Source: an uncultured Chloroflexia bacterium | Lineage (GTDB): Bacteria > Chloroflexota > Limnocylindria > Limnocylindrales > CSP1-4 | Length of the DNA stretch: 64,000 nt | Direction: 5' to 3' | Assembly: GCA_963746845.1 (NCBI GenBank) | Contig: CAVVCZ010000004.1 | Coordinates: 1,152,001 to 1,216,000 of the forward strand | In this document: piece by piece, positions 36,763-46,114 of the stretch | Layout: each line of letters begins with the position of its first letter | Position numbering within the stretch: the stretch's first letter is position 1 | Position numbers and translations under genes: made by a program | The notes under the pieces: generated by a model | The model's input: only the letters and a program-made list of their open reading frames with translations | What the model was told of the DNA's origin: nothing | The model's database searches: none

Positions 36763-37053
36763 CTATGCGTCCCAGGTGACCTCTTCGTCGATCTCCTCGA
36801 GCCGCGCGATCAGCAGCTCGATCCCGGCATCGTCGGCAAGGATCAGCGACGCCGACGCGTCGTCCCCGCCGAACAGGCCGCGGAGCACCGGGTCGAAGAA
36901 GAGCATCGCGTTCGCCCCGAGGGGGCGGTACGGGCGGCTCGCCTCGAGGAAGTGGACGGCCGGGCCGGTCAGCCCGCGCAGCTGGATCTCGCGAGCGACC
37001 CGCTCGACCAGCTCGTCGCGCTGCTCCTCGGTCCGCTCGTACGAGAAGCTCAT
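36763..37053 (-). CDS. Small hypothetical protein (96 aa)
   Basis: ATGA overlap with the macro-domain gene; MSFSYERTEEQRDELVERVAREI...FLEASRP; GC3-rich codons. Confidence 0.7.
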   Translation of the reverse strand: MSFSYERTEEQRDELVERVAREIQLRGLTGPAVHFLEASRPYRPLGANAMLFFDPVLRGLFGGDDASASLILADDAGIELLIARLEEIDEEVTWDA

Positions 37054-37610
37054 GCCGGGATCGGCTTGGGCACGATCGACGAGGTGGCCGGACCGACGGA
37101 ACCGCCGATGGGCGTCGCCAGGGCGGCCTCGAGGGCGTGATAGGCGGCGGCGCCGCGCATCGCGAAGATGACATGCTCGATCGTCGGCGAGCGCTCGAGC
37201 TCGTAGCGCACGGCGTGGACGGTGACGCGGGCCGCCTCGTCGAGCGGGAACCCGCCGACGCCGGTCCCCATCGCCGGGAAGGCGATGCTCCGGACGCGCA
37301 GCTCGCGGGCCCGGGCCATCGCGCTCCGGATGGCCCGGTCGAGGATGTCCGCGCTCGTCCGCCGGTCGCGGTCGAGCGACACGGCGTGGACCACGAAACG
37401 CGCGGCCAGCGATCCGGCCGGGGTCACGATCGCCTCGCCGAGCGGGACGGGCGCCTGGCGCACGGCGGCGAACTCGATCTGGTCTCCGCCGGCTCGCTTG
37501 ATCTCGCCGCCCACGCCCGTCGACATCCACAGCGACAGGTTCGCGGCATTCACGATGGCGTCGACCTCGAGGTCGCAGATATCGCCATTCCAGAGCTCGA
37601 TCCGAGCCAA
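37050..37610 (-). CDS. Macro-domain protein (O-acetyl-ADP-ribose deacetylase-like)
   Basis: TTG after GGAGG; GDI, AIVNAAN, VVHAV, SIAFPAMGTGVGGF. Confidence 0.9.
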   Translation of the reverse strand: MARIELWNGDICDLEVDAIVNAANLSLWMSTGVGGEIKRAGGDQIEFAAVRQAPVPLGEAIVTPAGSLAARFVVHAVSLDRDRRTSADILDRAIRSAMARARELRVRSIAFPAMGTGVGGFPLDEAARVTVHAVRYELERSPTIEHVIFAMRGAAAYHALEAALATPIGGSVGPATSSIVPKPIPA

Positions 37611-38863
37611 GAGGCCTCCATCCCGGAAAGGGCACGCGTGCCCGTGATTCCAGCCGGCGCATCGTACACCCGGGTCAGCCGAGCGGACATGGCGGTGACG
37701 ACCTCCCACGAGTTCGTGGTGCGCCATCGCGCCACCTCACCGGCCGGGATCGTCTCGTCGGCCTGCGTCCCGATCAGGACGACCTCGTCGGCGACGTTCA
37801 CGGGCGCGCCCGGCACGTCGGTCACGTCGATCATCGTCGCGTCCATCGCCACGTTGCCGACGACCGGCACGCGCTTCCCGCGGACGAGCGCCGCGGCCCG
37901 GTTCGACAGCGATCGCGGCCAGCCGTCGCCGTAGCCGATCGGCAGGGTGGCGATCCGGCTCGGCCGCGACGCCCGCCAGGTCGGGCCGTACGAGACGCCG
38001 TGCCCCACCGGCAGCTCGACGACCCGGACCGGCCGCGCCCGGAGCGACAGGGCGGGTCGCAGGCCCTCGGCGCCCGGGACGAATGCCCCGGTTCCGAGCC
38101 CGGCGGCCGGCAGCTCGTCGGGGATCAGGCCGTAGGTGATGAGGCCGGGTCGGACCGCGTCGTACCGGGGGACGGTGCCGAGGAGGATCGCGGCGCTCGC
38201 GGCGAGGTGACGGCGGGGCACCCGGATGTCGGCCGCCTGCAGCGACGCGAGCGCCGCGTCATAGCGTCGGACCTGCTCGATCGTGATCAATTCGACCTCG
38301 GCCTCCTGGAGATGCGACCAGACGCCGCTCAGCCGGGCCCCGGCCGCGAGGATCCGGTGACCGACGTCCGCGACCTCGTCCACGGCCGCGCCGCCGCGAC
38401 CCAGGCCGGTCTCGACCTCCAGCTCGATGTCGAGCTCGCCGACGACGCCGGCGTCCACCGCCGCCGCGAGCAGCGCGTCCACCGCCGGCCCGTTGCCGGC
38501 GGCCACCGCCACCCGCGCGCGGACCGCGGTCGCGACCTCGGCCGGTGGGATCGGGTAGAGGACGAGGATCTGCACCACGATCCCGGCCGCGCGCAGCGCA
38601 ACCGCCTCGTCGAGCGTCGCCACGCACAGCGCGGCGGCACCGGCGGCCTCGACGGCCCGGGCGATCGGGACCATCCCGTGGCCGTAGGCATCGGCCTTCA
38701 CGACGGGCATCGTGGGCAGGCCGCCGGTCATCGTGCCGATCGCGCCGAGGTTGCCCTCGATCGCGGCGAGGTCGACCTCGATCCAGGCCGTGCGCCGAAG
38801 GGCCGGGAGACCGGCCGCGGCGAGGCGTGTCTCGATCGACGGGCGGTCGCCGGTGCCGGTCAG
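37550..38863 (-). CDS. alr: Alanine racemase
   Basis: VVKADAYGHG (PLP Lys), ETGLGR, RPG, VSYG, IGYGDG, GNVAMD. The conserved AWIEVDL motif lies upstream of the first ATG, so the start is placed at CTG 38863. Confidence 0.93.
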   Translation of the reverse strand: MTGTGDRPSIETRLAAAGLPALRRTAWIEVDLAAIEGNLGAIGTMTGGLPTMPVVKADAYGHGMVPIARAVEAAGAAALCVATLDEAVALRAAGIVVQILVLYPIPPAEVATAVRARVAVAAGNGPAVDALLAAAVDAGVVGELDIELEVETGLGRGGAAVDEVADVGHRILAAGARLSGVWSHLQEAEVELITIEQVRRYDAALASLQAADIRVPRRHLAASAAILLGTVPRYDAVRPGLITYGLIPDELPAAGLGTGAFVPGAEGLRPALSLRARPVRVVELPVGHGVSYGPTWRASRPSRIATLPIGYGDGWPRSLSNRAAALVRGKRVPVVGNVAMDATMIDVTDVPGAPVNVADEVVLIGTQADETIPAGEVARWRTTNSWEVVTAMSARLTRVYDAPAGITGTRALSGMEASWLGSSSGMAISATSRSTPS

Positions 38864-39996
38864 GAGCCGGTCCCCGATCGATCGGCGGGCGCCGCGGGGA
38901 CGGGCGCCGCGGCGGGCTCAGCCGCGGTCTCGTCCGCGCCCGGAGCGGCACCCGGCAGGCGGATCCCGAACCCGAGCCGGCCTGCCGACGCGCGTCGCTC
39001 GGCGACGGCCGCGAGCCGCTTGCGGGCCATGGCGATCGGCTCGGGGAGGTCGGAGGCGAGGAGGCCGGCGTCGCCGAACCGCTCCCGGACCGCGTCGCCG
39101 GCGAGACCATGCAGGTACACCCCGAGCCGTGCCGCGTCGTACGGCGCGAGATGCTGGGCGAGGAGCGACCCGATCGTCCCGCTCAGGACGTCGCCGGTCC
39201 CCCCGCTTGCGAGCGCCGGGTTCTCGAACGGGGCGATCGCCAGGCGACCGTCCGGTGCCGCGATCACCGTCTTCGCGCCCTTCAGGACGACGACCTGGCC
39301 CCAGCCGGTCGCGGCGTCGCGGGCCGCGACGGCCCGGGCAGTGTCGTCGCCGCCGAGGTCGCCGTCGGCGTCCGCCTCCACGCCGCTGCCGGCCCGGAGA
39401 CGGGCGAACTCGCCCGCGTGCGGCGTGAGGATCGACGGCCGGCGATCGCCCTCCCACCACCGCTCCTCGGCGGCAAGGGACCGGAGCGCCTCGGCGTCGA
39501 GCACGACGGGCGCCGCGCCGTCGTCGCGCGCCGCGAGCATCAATCGAACGAGCTCGGCCGTGGCCAGACCCGGCCGGAGCCCCGGCCCGATGACGATCGC
39601 GTCGTGGTCGTGGTCGAGGATCCGGGCCAGGGCGGGCTCCGGGTCGATCTCCTCGACGTCGTCCTCGGGGAGGGCCATCGTCGTCGCCTCGACGACCTTC
39701 GCCGCGAACAGTGGCTGGAGCGACTCGGGGACGGCGAGCGTGACCAGGCCGGCGCCCGCCCGCCCCGCCGCGCGACAGACGAGGAGCGCGGCGCCGGCAT
39801 AGTCGAGCGAGCCGGCGAGCACGAGGAGCTTCCCGAATGAGCCCTTGTGGCCCCGCTTGTCGCGGGCCGGGAGGAGGCCGGCGGCGATCTGGTCGTCGAG
39901 GAGCTCGGCGCCCTCGACCGGCGGCTCCTTCGCCGAGCCCGCCGCCGGCCCCGAGCCCTCGGCCGGGGCGAACCCGAGCCGGCCGCGGTCAGCCAC
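38860..39996 (-). CDS. nnrD: ADP-dependent NAD(P)H-hydrate dehydratase (stand-alone)
   Basis: HKGSFG, YAGA, GAGLV, GPGL, VLDAEAL, TPHAGEF, LKG, GGTGDVLSG. Confidence 0.92.
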   Translation of the reverse strand: MADRGRLGFAPAEGSGPAAGSAKEPPVEGAELLDDQIAAGLLPARDKRGHKGSFGKLLVLAGSLDYAGAALLVCRAAGRAGAGLVTLAVPESLQPLFAAKVVEATTMALPEDDVEEIDPEPALARILDHDHDAIVIGPGLRPGLATAELVRLMLAARDDGAAPVVLDAEALRSLAAEERWWEGDRRPSILTPHAGEFARLRAGSGVEADADGDLGGDDTARAVAARDAATGWGQVVVLKGAKTVIAAPDGRLAIAPFENPALASGGTGDVLSGTIGSLLAQHLAPYDAARLGVYLHGLAGDAVRERFGDAGLLASDLPEPIAMARKRLAAVAERRASAGRLGFGIRLPGAAPGADETAAEPAAAPVPAAPADRSGTGS

Positions 39997-40591
39997 CGTC
40001 GCCGTCCGGCTCGCCGTCGAGCGCCGCGCGACGGGCGTTCGCCTCGTGCAGCACGCGCAGCCGCTCCATCCGCGCCAGCAGGCGCTTCTCGCGGTCGTCG
40101 AGCCGCTCCTCGATGTCGAGCGGGAAGACGTACTTCCCGCCGGCCGACCGCACGCCGAACGCGATCGCCACCGCGTAGTCCAATTCGTGGCTGATCGACA
40201 CGGCGATCCGGTCCATGCCCAGCTGATCCGCCCGGGCCGCGGCCCGCCCGTGGAGCCGCACCGCGGGCTGCCCGGTCGGCAGCCGCTCGATCTCGATGTC
40301 GCGCCAGCCGATCCCGCGGACGCCGAGCCCGAGAACCTTGCTCACCGCCTCCTTCGCGGCCCACCGGCCCGCGAACGTCTCCGGCCGCTGCCGGACGTAG
40401 CGCTGTTCGGAGGTGGTCAGGACGCGGTTCGAGAAGCGATCGCCGAACTTCTCGATGGAGCGGCGGATCCGATCGACCCTGATGATGTCGATCCCCAGCT
40501 CGGTCGTACCCTCGGGCGCATGGGGTCGCAGAGCTCCCCCTGCGACCTCCGGGGGCAGCGTGGCGGGCGCTCGCTGAGGTTGCCGGCTCAA
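39989..40591 (-). CDS. acpS: Holo-ACP synthase with terminal extensions
   Basis: GIDII, AGRWAAKEA, G.P, SISH..YAVA. Confidence 0.92.
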   Translation of the reverse strand: MSRQPQRAPATLPPEVAGGALRPHAPEGTTELGIDIIRVDRIRRSIEKFGDRFSNRVLTTSEQRYVRQRPETFAGRWAAKEAVSKVLGLGVRGIGWRDIEIERLPTGQPAVRLHGRAAARADQLGMDRIAVSISHELDYAVAIAFGVRSAGGKYVFPLDIEERLDDREKRLLARMERLRVLHEANARRAALDGEPDGDGG

Positions 40592-40601
40592 CGCCCCGCG
40601 C

Positions 40602-42434
40602 CTACTCGACCGTGACCGACTTCGCGAGGTTGCGCGGCTGGTCGACGTCCGTGCCGCGCGCGAGGGCCACGTAGTAGGCGAAGAGCTGGAGCGGGATGAT
40701 TCCGATCACCGGGCTGAGCGCCTCGTGGATGTCGGGCACGTACCAGACGTCGTCGGCGTAGCGGCCGATCTGCGTGTCGCCCTCGGTCGCGACCGCGATG
40801 ACCCGCGCATCGCGGGCCCGGCCCTCCATGACGTTGCTGATCACCTTGTCGTAGACCCGTGACCGGGTCGCGACGGCGACAAGTGGGTACTCCGCGTCGA
40901 GCAGGGAGATCGGTCCGTGCTTCAGCTCGCCGGCCGCGTAGCCCTCGGCATGGACATAGCTGACTTCCTTGAGCTTCAGCGCGCCCTCGAGCGCGGTCGG
41001 CATCGCGTAGCCACGCCCGACGAACATGAAGCCGCGCGAGTTCACGTACCGGCGGGCGATGGCCGGCGCCGCCGCGGACGACGCGTCCAGGGCCCGCTGC
41101 GCCGCGTCGGGCAGCGCGTGGAGCGCCGCCGCCAGCTCGGCCTCGAGGGCCTCGCTGAACGACCCGCGGGCCTTCGCGATCGCCGCGGCGAGGATCACCA
41201 GCGTCGTGACCTGGGTCGTGAACGTCTTCGACGCGGCGACCGCGATCTCCGGCCCGGCCTGGAGGAACACGACCGCGTCGGCTTCGCGGGTGATCGCGGA
41301 CCCGACCGTGTTCGTCACCGCGACGATCGGGCAGCCGCGCTCCCGGGCATGGCGGGTCGGGGCGATCGTGTCCGCCGTCTCGCCCGACTGGGTCACCGCG
41401 ATGACGAGCGTCTTCCCGTCGAGCGGCGGCGGGCTGTAGCGGAACTCCGACCCGACGGTGGCCCGCGCCGGCAGACCGGTCCACTCCTCGAGGGCGGCGG
41501 CGCCGACCAGCGCTGCGTAGTACGCCGACCCGCAGGCCACCAGCTCGATCCGCGTCGCGGCACGGAGCCGCGCCTCGAGCCCGGCGATCTCGTCGAGCCG
41601 GATCGTGCCGTCCCGCGTGACCCGCCCGGCGATGCACTGGCGGAGCGCCTCCGGCTGCTCGTGGATCTCCTTGGCCATGAAGTGGTCGAAGCCGCCCTTC
41701 TCGGCGGCCTCGGGGGTCCAGTCGACGATCGTCTCCGACCGATGGCGCGGGTTGCCGTCCACGTCGGTGATCACGACGCCGGTCGGCCGGACGTCGGCGA
41801 CGTCACCCTCCTCGAGGAAGACGATCCGGTTCGTGTGAGCGAGGATCGCGGCGACGTCGCTCGCGATGAAGCTCTCCTCGCCGTGCAGCCCCACCACGAG
41901 TGGCACGTTCTGGCGGGCGCCGACGAGACGGCTGACCTCGGCCTTGTGCATGACGACGAGCGCGTAGGCCCCGTCGAGCTGGCGGAGCGCGGCCCGGACG
42001 GCATCGGCCAGGTCGCCGGCATAGGCCTCCTCGATGAGGTGGGCGATCGCCTCCGTGTCGGTCTCGGACGTCAGGTGGTGGCCACGCGCCTCGAGCCCGT
42101 CGCGGAGCTCGCTGAAGTTCTCGATGATCCCGTTGTGGATGACCGTGACGTTGCCGGTGCAGTCCTGGTGGGGATGCGCGTTGAGGTCGTTCGGCCGGCC
42201 GTGGGTCGCCCAGCGCGTGTGGGCGAGCCCGATCGCCGCGTGCGGTGTCCGGTCGGCGATCGCCGTCTGGAGGTTCGAGAGCTTGCCGGCCTTCTTCTCG
42301 ATGAAGAGATCGCCCTCCTCGTCGACGAGGGCGATCCCCGCGGAGTCGTAGCCGCGGTACTCGAGCCGCTGGAGGCCTTCGATGAGGATCGGGCCCGCCT
42401 CCCGGGGGCCGGTGTACCCGACGATGCCGCACAT
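40602..42434 (-). CDS. glmS: Glutamine--fructose-6-phosphate transaminase
   Basis: MCGIVG, EYRGYDSAG, HTRWATHG, QSGETADT, PRNLAKSVTVE. Confidence 0.98.
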   Translation of the reverse strand: MCGIVGYTGPREAGPILIEGLQRLEYRGYDSAGIALVDEEGDLFIEKKAGKLSNLQTAIADRTPHAAIGLAHTRWATHGRPNDLNAHPHQDCTGNVTVIHNGIIENFSELRDGLEARGHHLTSETDTEAIAHLIEEAYAGDLADAVRAALRQLDGAYALVVMHKAEVSRLVGARQNVPLVVGLHGEESFIASDVAAILAHTNRIVFLEEGDVADVRPTGVVITDVDGNPRHRSETIVDWTPEAAEKGGFDHFMAKEIHEQPEALRQCIAGRVTRDGTIRLDEIAGLEARLRAATRIELVACGSAYYAALVGAAALEEWTGLPARATVGSEFRYSPPPLDGKTLVIAVTQSGETADTIAPTRHARERGCPIVAVTNTVGSAITREADAVVFLQAGPEIAVAASKTFTTQVTTLVILAAAIAKARGSFSEALEAELAAALHALPDAAQRALDASSAAAPAIARRYVNSRGFMFVGRGYAMPTALEGALKLKEVSYVHAEGYAAGELKHGPISLLDAEYPLVAVATRSRVYDKVISNVMEGRARDARVIAVATEGDTQIGRYADDVWYVPDIHEALSPVIGIIPLQLFAYYVALARGTDVDQPRNLAKSVTVE

Positions 42435-42509
42435 GTCGCTGTTCTCCTCCGCGTCCCGCGGCAGCGACCGCCGGGCCAGATCGTGTCGTGCGCCTTGCGG
42501 CGCGAGGGC

Positions 42510-43844
42510 TCAGTTTAGTCGCTCACCCGCGAGGATCGAGATCGCGTCGGCCAGCTCGGAAACAAGTGTTGCGTCCTCGCCCTCGACCATGACCCGCAGG
42601 GCGGGCTCCGTGCCGGACGGCCGGACGAGGACACGACCACCGCTGCCCAGCCGCTCCTGCGCGTCGCCGATCGCCCGCTGGATCGCCGGATCCCCCTCCC
42701 ACTGGTCCTTGTGACGGGCCTTGACCGCTCGCTGCTGCTGCGGCAGGAGCGGGATCCGTGAGGCGAGCTCGGCCAGCGGCCGGCCCGTGCGCGTCATCAC
42801 CCGGAGGACCTCGAGCGCGGTGACGATCCCGTCGCCGGACGTCGTGTGCTCGAGGACGATGACGTGGCCGCTTTTCTCGCCGCCGAGGCCGGCCCCGGAC
42901 ACCTGCATCCCCTCGAGGATGTACTTGTCGCCGACCGGCGTCCGGATGACGTGGCCACCGGCGCCTTCAACGGCGGACTGGAGCCCGCCGTTCGACAGCA
43001 CCGACACGACCAGGGCGCCGTGCGGAAGCACGCCGCGCTCGAGTCGGTCCAGGGCGAGCACCCCAAGCACCTGGTCGCCGTCGACGACCTCGCCGGTGGC
43101 ATCGACCGCGATCAGCCGGTCCGCGTCGCCGTCGAGGGCAAACCCGATGTCAGCGCCACGCTCGCGGACCGCCCGGGCAAGCGACGCGGGCGCCGTCGCC
43201 CCGGCGGCGACGTTGATGTTGATCCCGTCCGGGTCGTTGTGGATCGCCTCGACGGTCGCCCCCGTGGCCGCGAGGATCTCCGGCCCGACGACGCCACCGG
43301 AGCCGTTGGCGCAGTCCAGCACGATCCGCAGGCCGGCTGCCGGGACGGACCGGGCGAGCCCGAGCCGATGGCCGCGATACCGGTCGAGCAGGGACGGATC
43401 CACGACCGATCGTCCGATCTCGGCATTGCCGACCGATCCGAGCTCCTCGGTGCGCCAGATCAGCGCCTCGATCTCGTCCTCGACGCTGTCGTCGAGCTTG
43501 AGCCCGTTCGCGTCGAGGACCTTCAACCCGTTGTCGTCGGCGGGATTGTGCGAGGCCGAGACCATGATGCCCGCAGCGAAGTCGTCGGTCCCTGCCAGGA
43601 ACGCCAGCGCCGGCGTCGGGACGCAGCCCGCGATCCGGACGTCTGTGCCAAGGCTGGTCGCCCCGGCCGAGATCGCGGCCACGAACATGTCGCCCGAGCG
43701 ACGGGTGTCCTGCCCGACCACGAGCTGCCCGCCCTTCCCGACGAGGCGATGCGCCGTCGCCCGCCCGAGCGCGTAGGCGAGGGTCGGCTTGAGCTCGAGG
43801 TTCGCGACACCGCGGATCCCGTCGGTGCCGAACAGGCGGGGCAT
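42510..43844 (-). CDS. glmM: Phosphoglucosamine mutase
   Basis: FGTDGIRG, SASHNP, DGDADR, GEKSGH, RPSGTEP. Confidence 0.96.
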   Translation of the reverse strand: MPRLFGTDGIRGVANLELKPTLAYALGRATAHRLVGKGGQLVVGQDTRRSGDMFVAAISAGATSLGTDVRIAGCVPTPALAFLAGTDDFAAGIMVSASHNPADDNGLKVLDANGLKLDDSVEDEIEALIWRTEELGSVGNAEIGRSVVDPSLLDRYRGHRLGLARSVPAAGLRIVLDCANGSGGVVGPEILAATGATVEAIHNDPDGININVAAGATAPASLARAVRERGADIGFALDGDADRLIAVDATGEVVDGDQVLGVLALDRLERGVLPHGALVVSVLSNGGLQSAVEGAGGHVIRTPVGDKYILEGMQVSGAGLGGEKSGHVIVLEHTTSGDGIVTALEVLRVMTRTGRPLAELASRIPLLPQQQRAVKARHKDQWEGDPAIQRAIGDAQERLGSGGRVLVRPSGTEPALRVMVEGEDATLVSELADAISILAGERLN

Positions 43845-43845
43845 G

Positions 43846-45075
43846 TCAGGGAGCCGCCGGCGACGGGCTGGCGGGCGCGGTCACCGTCACGCTGACGGTG
43901 GTCGGCGTCACCGAGAGCACGCGGAGACCCGCCTGGACGTTGGGGACCGGCTGGATCTCGTGGACTCCCGGTCCGAGACCCGCGACATCGACGGTGATCG
44001 TGAAGGCCGCCGGATCGATCCGGTCGAGGTCGGCCACGGGGCCGCCGAGCGTCACCTGGACGCTGCCGGTCGACAGCGTGTAGCCGTAGCCGGGCTGCCG
44101 CCCGGACAACACGAGCGCGGCCTCGAACGTGCGGGTGCCCTGCTTCGGCAGGATCTCGACCGTGACGTGGACCGTGGTCACGTTGAGGGCGATGACGCCC
44201 GGCGGCAGCGCGAGCGCGACCGGCGTGTCGATCGAGCCGGTCGCCGTGCTGACCGGGATCGGGGCCGTGTCCGCGGTCGTGAGCGAGGACAGCGCCGCCG
44301 CGTCGCCCTGGACGGTCACGTTGACCGGCTCGACCGTCACCGGACCGACCTCGTAGCCGGCCGGCGGCGTGCCGACGACGGCGGGATGCACCGGGATCGT
44401 CTTCGACTGCGCATTGCTGATGACGTCGATCCGCACATGGACCGTCTTCGGGTCGACGTTGACCGGTCGGAGCTCGTTGCCCTGGTTGTCGACCGGGATC
44501 AGCGGGACATCGCGATCAACGGACAGCCCGTGCGGGTCGATGGCCACGTCGGCCTGGGCCGCGACGACGTACTTCACGACCGAGTCGGGCCCCGACACCT
44601 TCGCGGTCTCCTGGGTCAGCTGCGGCGTTCCGACCTGGAGGTCGGGCGGCGTCGTCCCCGTGTCGACCGTGATCGGCACCGTGTATGTCGTGTACGGATC
44701 GAGCTGGACGTTGACCGCCCGGGGCTCGTAGTCGATGACGATGAAGCGGGGGTCGACCGAGGTCACATGGACCGTCTGGTACGACGAACCTGCGTTCGGA
44801 TCGACGCCGGCGAGGTCGACCGTGGCCAGCCACGTGTCGGGCGTCGGACCCGAGCCGACGTCGCCGTTGACGATGTACCGGATCCGGGTGACCGGTGGCA
44901 GGTTGCCGAGGACCACGGCGTCCTGGGGCTGGTTGAGGATCCGGATCGGGACGGGGCTCGTGAACTCGAACTGGCTCTGCGACACGACCAGGCCGGCATA
45001 CAGCAGGAATGCCAGGGCGATCGCCAGGAGCTTGAGCGGCCAGTTGTGGACGACGAGACCGACGAGTCGCTTCAC
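43846..45075 (-). CDS. cdaR: YbbR-repeat regulator of diadenylate cyclase
   Basis: NWPLKLLAI TM start, repeated beta-rich modules (V.V.GP); located between cdaA and glmM. Confidence 0.85.
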   Translation of the reverse strand: MKRLVGLVVHNWPLKLLAIALAFLLYAGLVVSQSQFEFTSPVPIRILNQPQDAVVLGNLPPVTRIRYIVNGDVGSGPTPDTWLATVDLAGVDPNAGSSYQTVHVTSVDPRFIVIDYEPRAVNVQLDPYTTYTVPITVDTGTTPPDLQVGTPQLTQETAKVSGPDSVVKYVVAAQADVAIDPHGLSVDRDVPLIPVDNQGNELRPVNVDPKTVHVRIDVISNAQSKTIPVHPAVVGTPPAGYEVGPVTVEPVNVTVQGDAAALSSLTTADTAPIPVSTATGSIDTPVALALPPGVIALNVTTVHVTVEILPKQGTRTFEAALVLSGRQPGYGYTLSTGSVQVTLGGPVADLDRIDPAAFTITVDVAGLGPGVHEIQPVPNVQAGLRVLSVTPTTVSVTVTAPASPSPAAP

Positions 45076-46037
45076 CTGGGCGCTCGGGCCGCCGCTGCTG
45101 CGTCTTCGTCCACGACCTTGGCTGTCCCGTTCGAGGACGTGGCCGACGTCCCGTTCGAGCGACTCCGCCCGACCAGGTGACCGAGATCGCTCAGCCGCGG
45201 GGCCCGGCCGCCGAAGTCGCCGGTCGAGCCGAGGCGGCGCCCGATCCGGCCGCGGGCGCGGTCCGGCGCGAGGAGGGCCCGGATCGCCTTCACGAGCTGC
45301 GGCTGGCCGAGGTTGCGGACGATCCGCGCCCGCTCGACGAGGCTGACCTGGCCGTTCTCCTCGGAGACGACGATCACGACCGCGTCGGTCTGCTCGGTGA
45401 TCCCGAGCGCGGCCCGGTGGCGGGTCCCGAACCGCTCCGTGTGGACCGTCATCTCGGCGAGCGGCAGGAGCGCCCCGGCCGCGAGGATCGTGTCGTCGCG
45501 GATGATCACCGCGCCGTCATGGAGCGGCGTGCGCGGGGCGAACAGCGTCCGGAGGAGATCCGAGCTGATGTCGGCGTGGAGCATCACGCCGGTCTCGGCG
45601 ACCTCCTCGAGGCCCGTCTCCCGCTCGAGGACGATCAGCGCGCCGTGACCGTCCTTGGACAGCAGCGTCGCGGCCCGTGCGACCTCGTCCGCGACGTGGA
45701 CCACGGTCCGTGCCTCGGTCGACGAGAAGAGCCAGTTGAAGGACCCGACGCGTCCGACCCGCTCCAGCGCCCGGCGCAGCTCCGGCTGGAACACCACGAC
45801 GAGCGCGAACAGCCCGACGACGGCCAGGGTCTGGAGGATCTGGGTGAGCAGCCGGAGGTCGAACGCCCGGGCAGCGGCGTACACCGCGAACAGGACGCTG
45901 ACGCCGATGACGAGGCTGACGGCGCGGGTCCCGCGGATCAGGCTGAACAGCCAGTAGATCAGCAGCGCCGTGATCCCGATGTCGATCAGCGCGGTCAGGT
46001 CGATCTGGTCGACGATGGACCTGAGAAGCTCCGGCAT
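45072..46037 (-). CDS. cdaA: Diadenylate cyclase
   Basis: Three TM helices, FQPELRR, PLHDGA, GTRHRAA, VSEE. Confidence 0.95.
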   Translation of the reverse strand: MPELLRSIVDQIDLTALIDIGITALLIYWLFSLIRGTRAVSLVIGVSVLFAVYAAARAFDLRLLTQILQTLAVVGLFALVVVFQPELRRALERVGRVGSFNWLFSSTEARTVVHVADEVARAATLLSKDGHGALIVLERETGLEEVAETGVMLHADISSDLLRTLFAPRTPLHDGAVIIRDDTILAAGALLPLAEMTVHTERFGTRHRAALGITEQTDAVVIVVSEENGQVSLVERARIVRNLGQPQLVKAIRALLAPDRARGRIGRRLGSTGDFGGRAPRLSDLGHLVGRSRSNGTSATSSNGTAKVVDEDAAAAARAPR

Positions 46038-46114
46038 CGTTCGTGCAGTCTACATCGCGGGGGCAGGCGGACAGCCGCTCGGGCGGTCCGCCGCCCGCGT
46101 GGGCGACGTGGTTC

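Noticed and set aside
42435-42509. glmS ribozyme upstream of glmS
   Set aside because: Only 75 nt between glmM and glmS, and the conserved core elements are not recognisable
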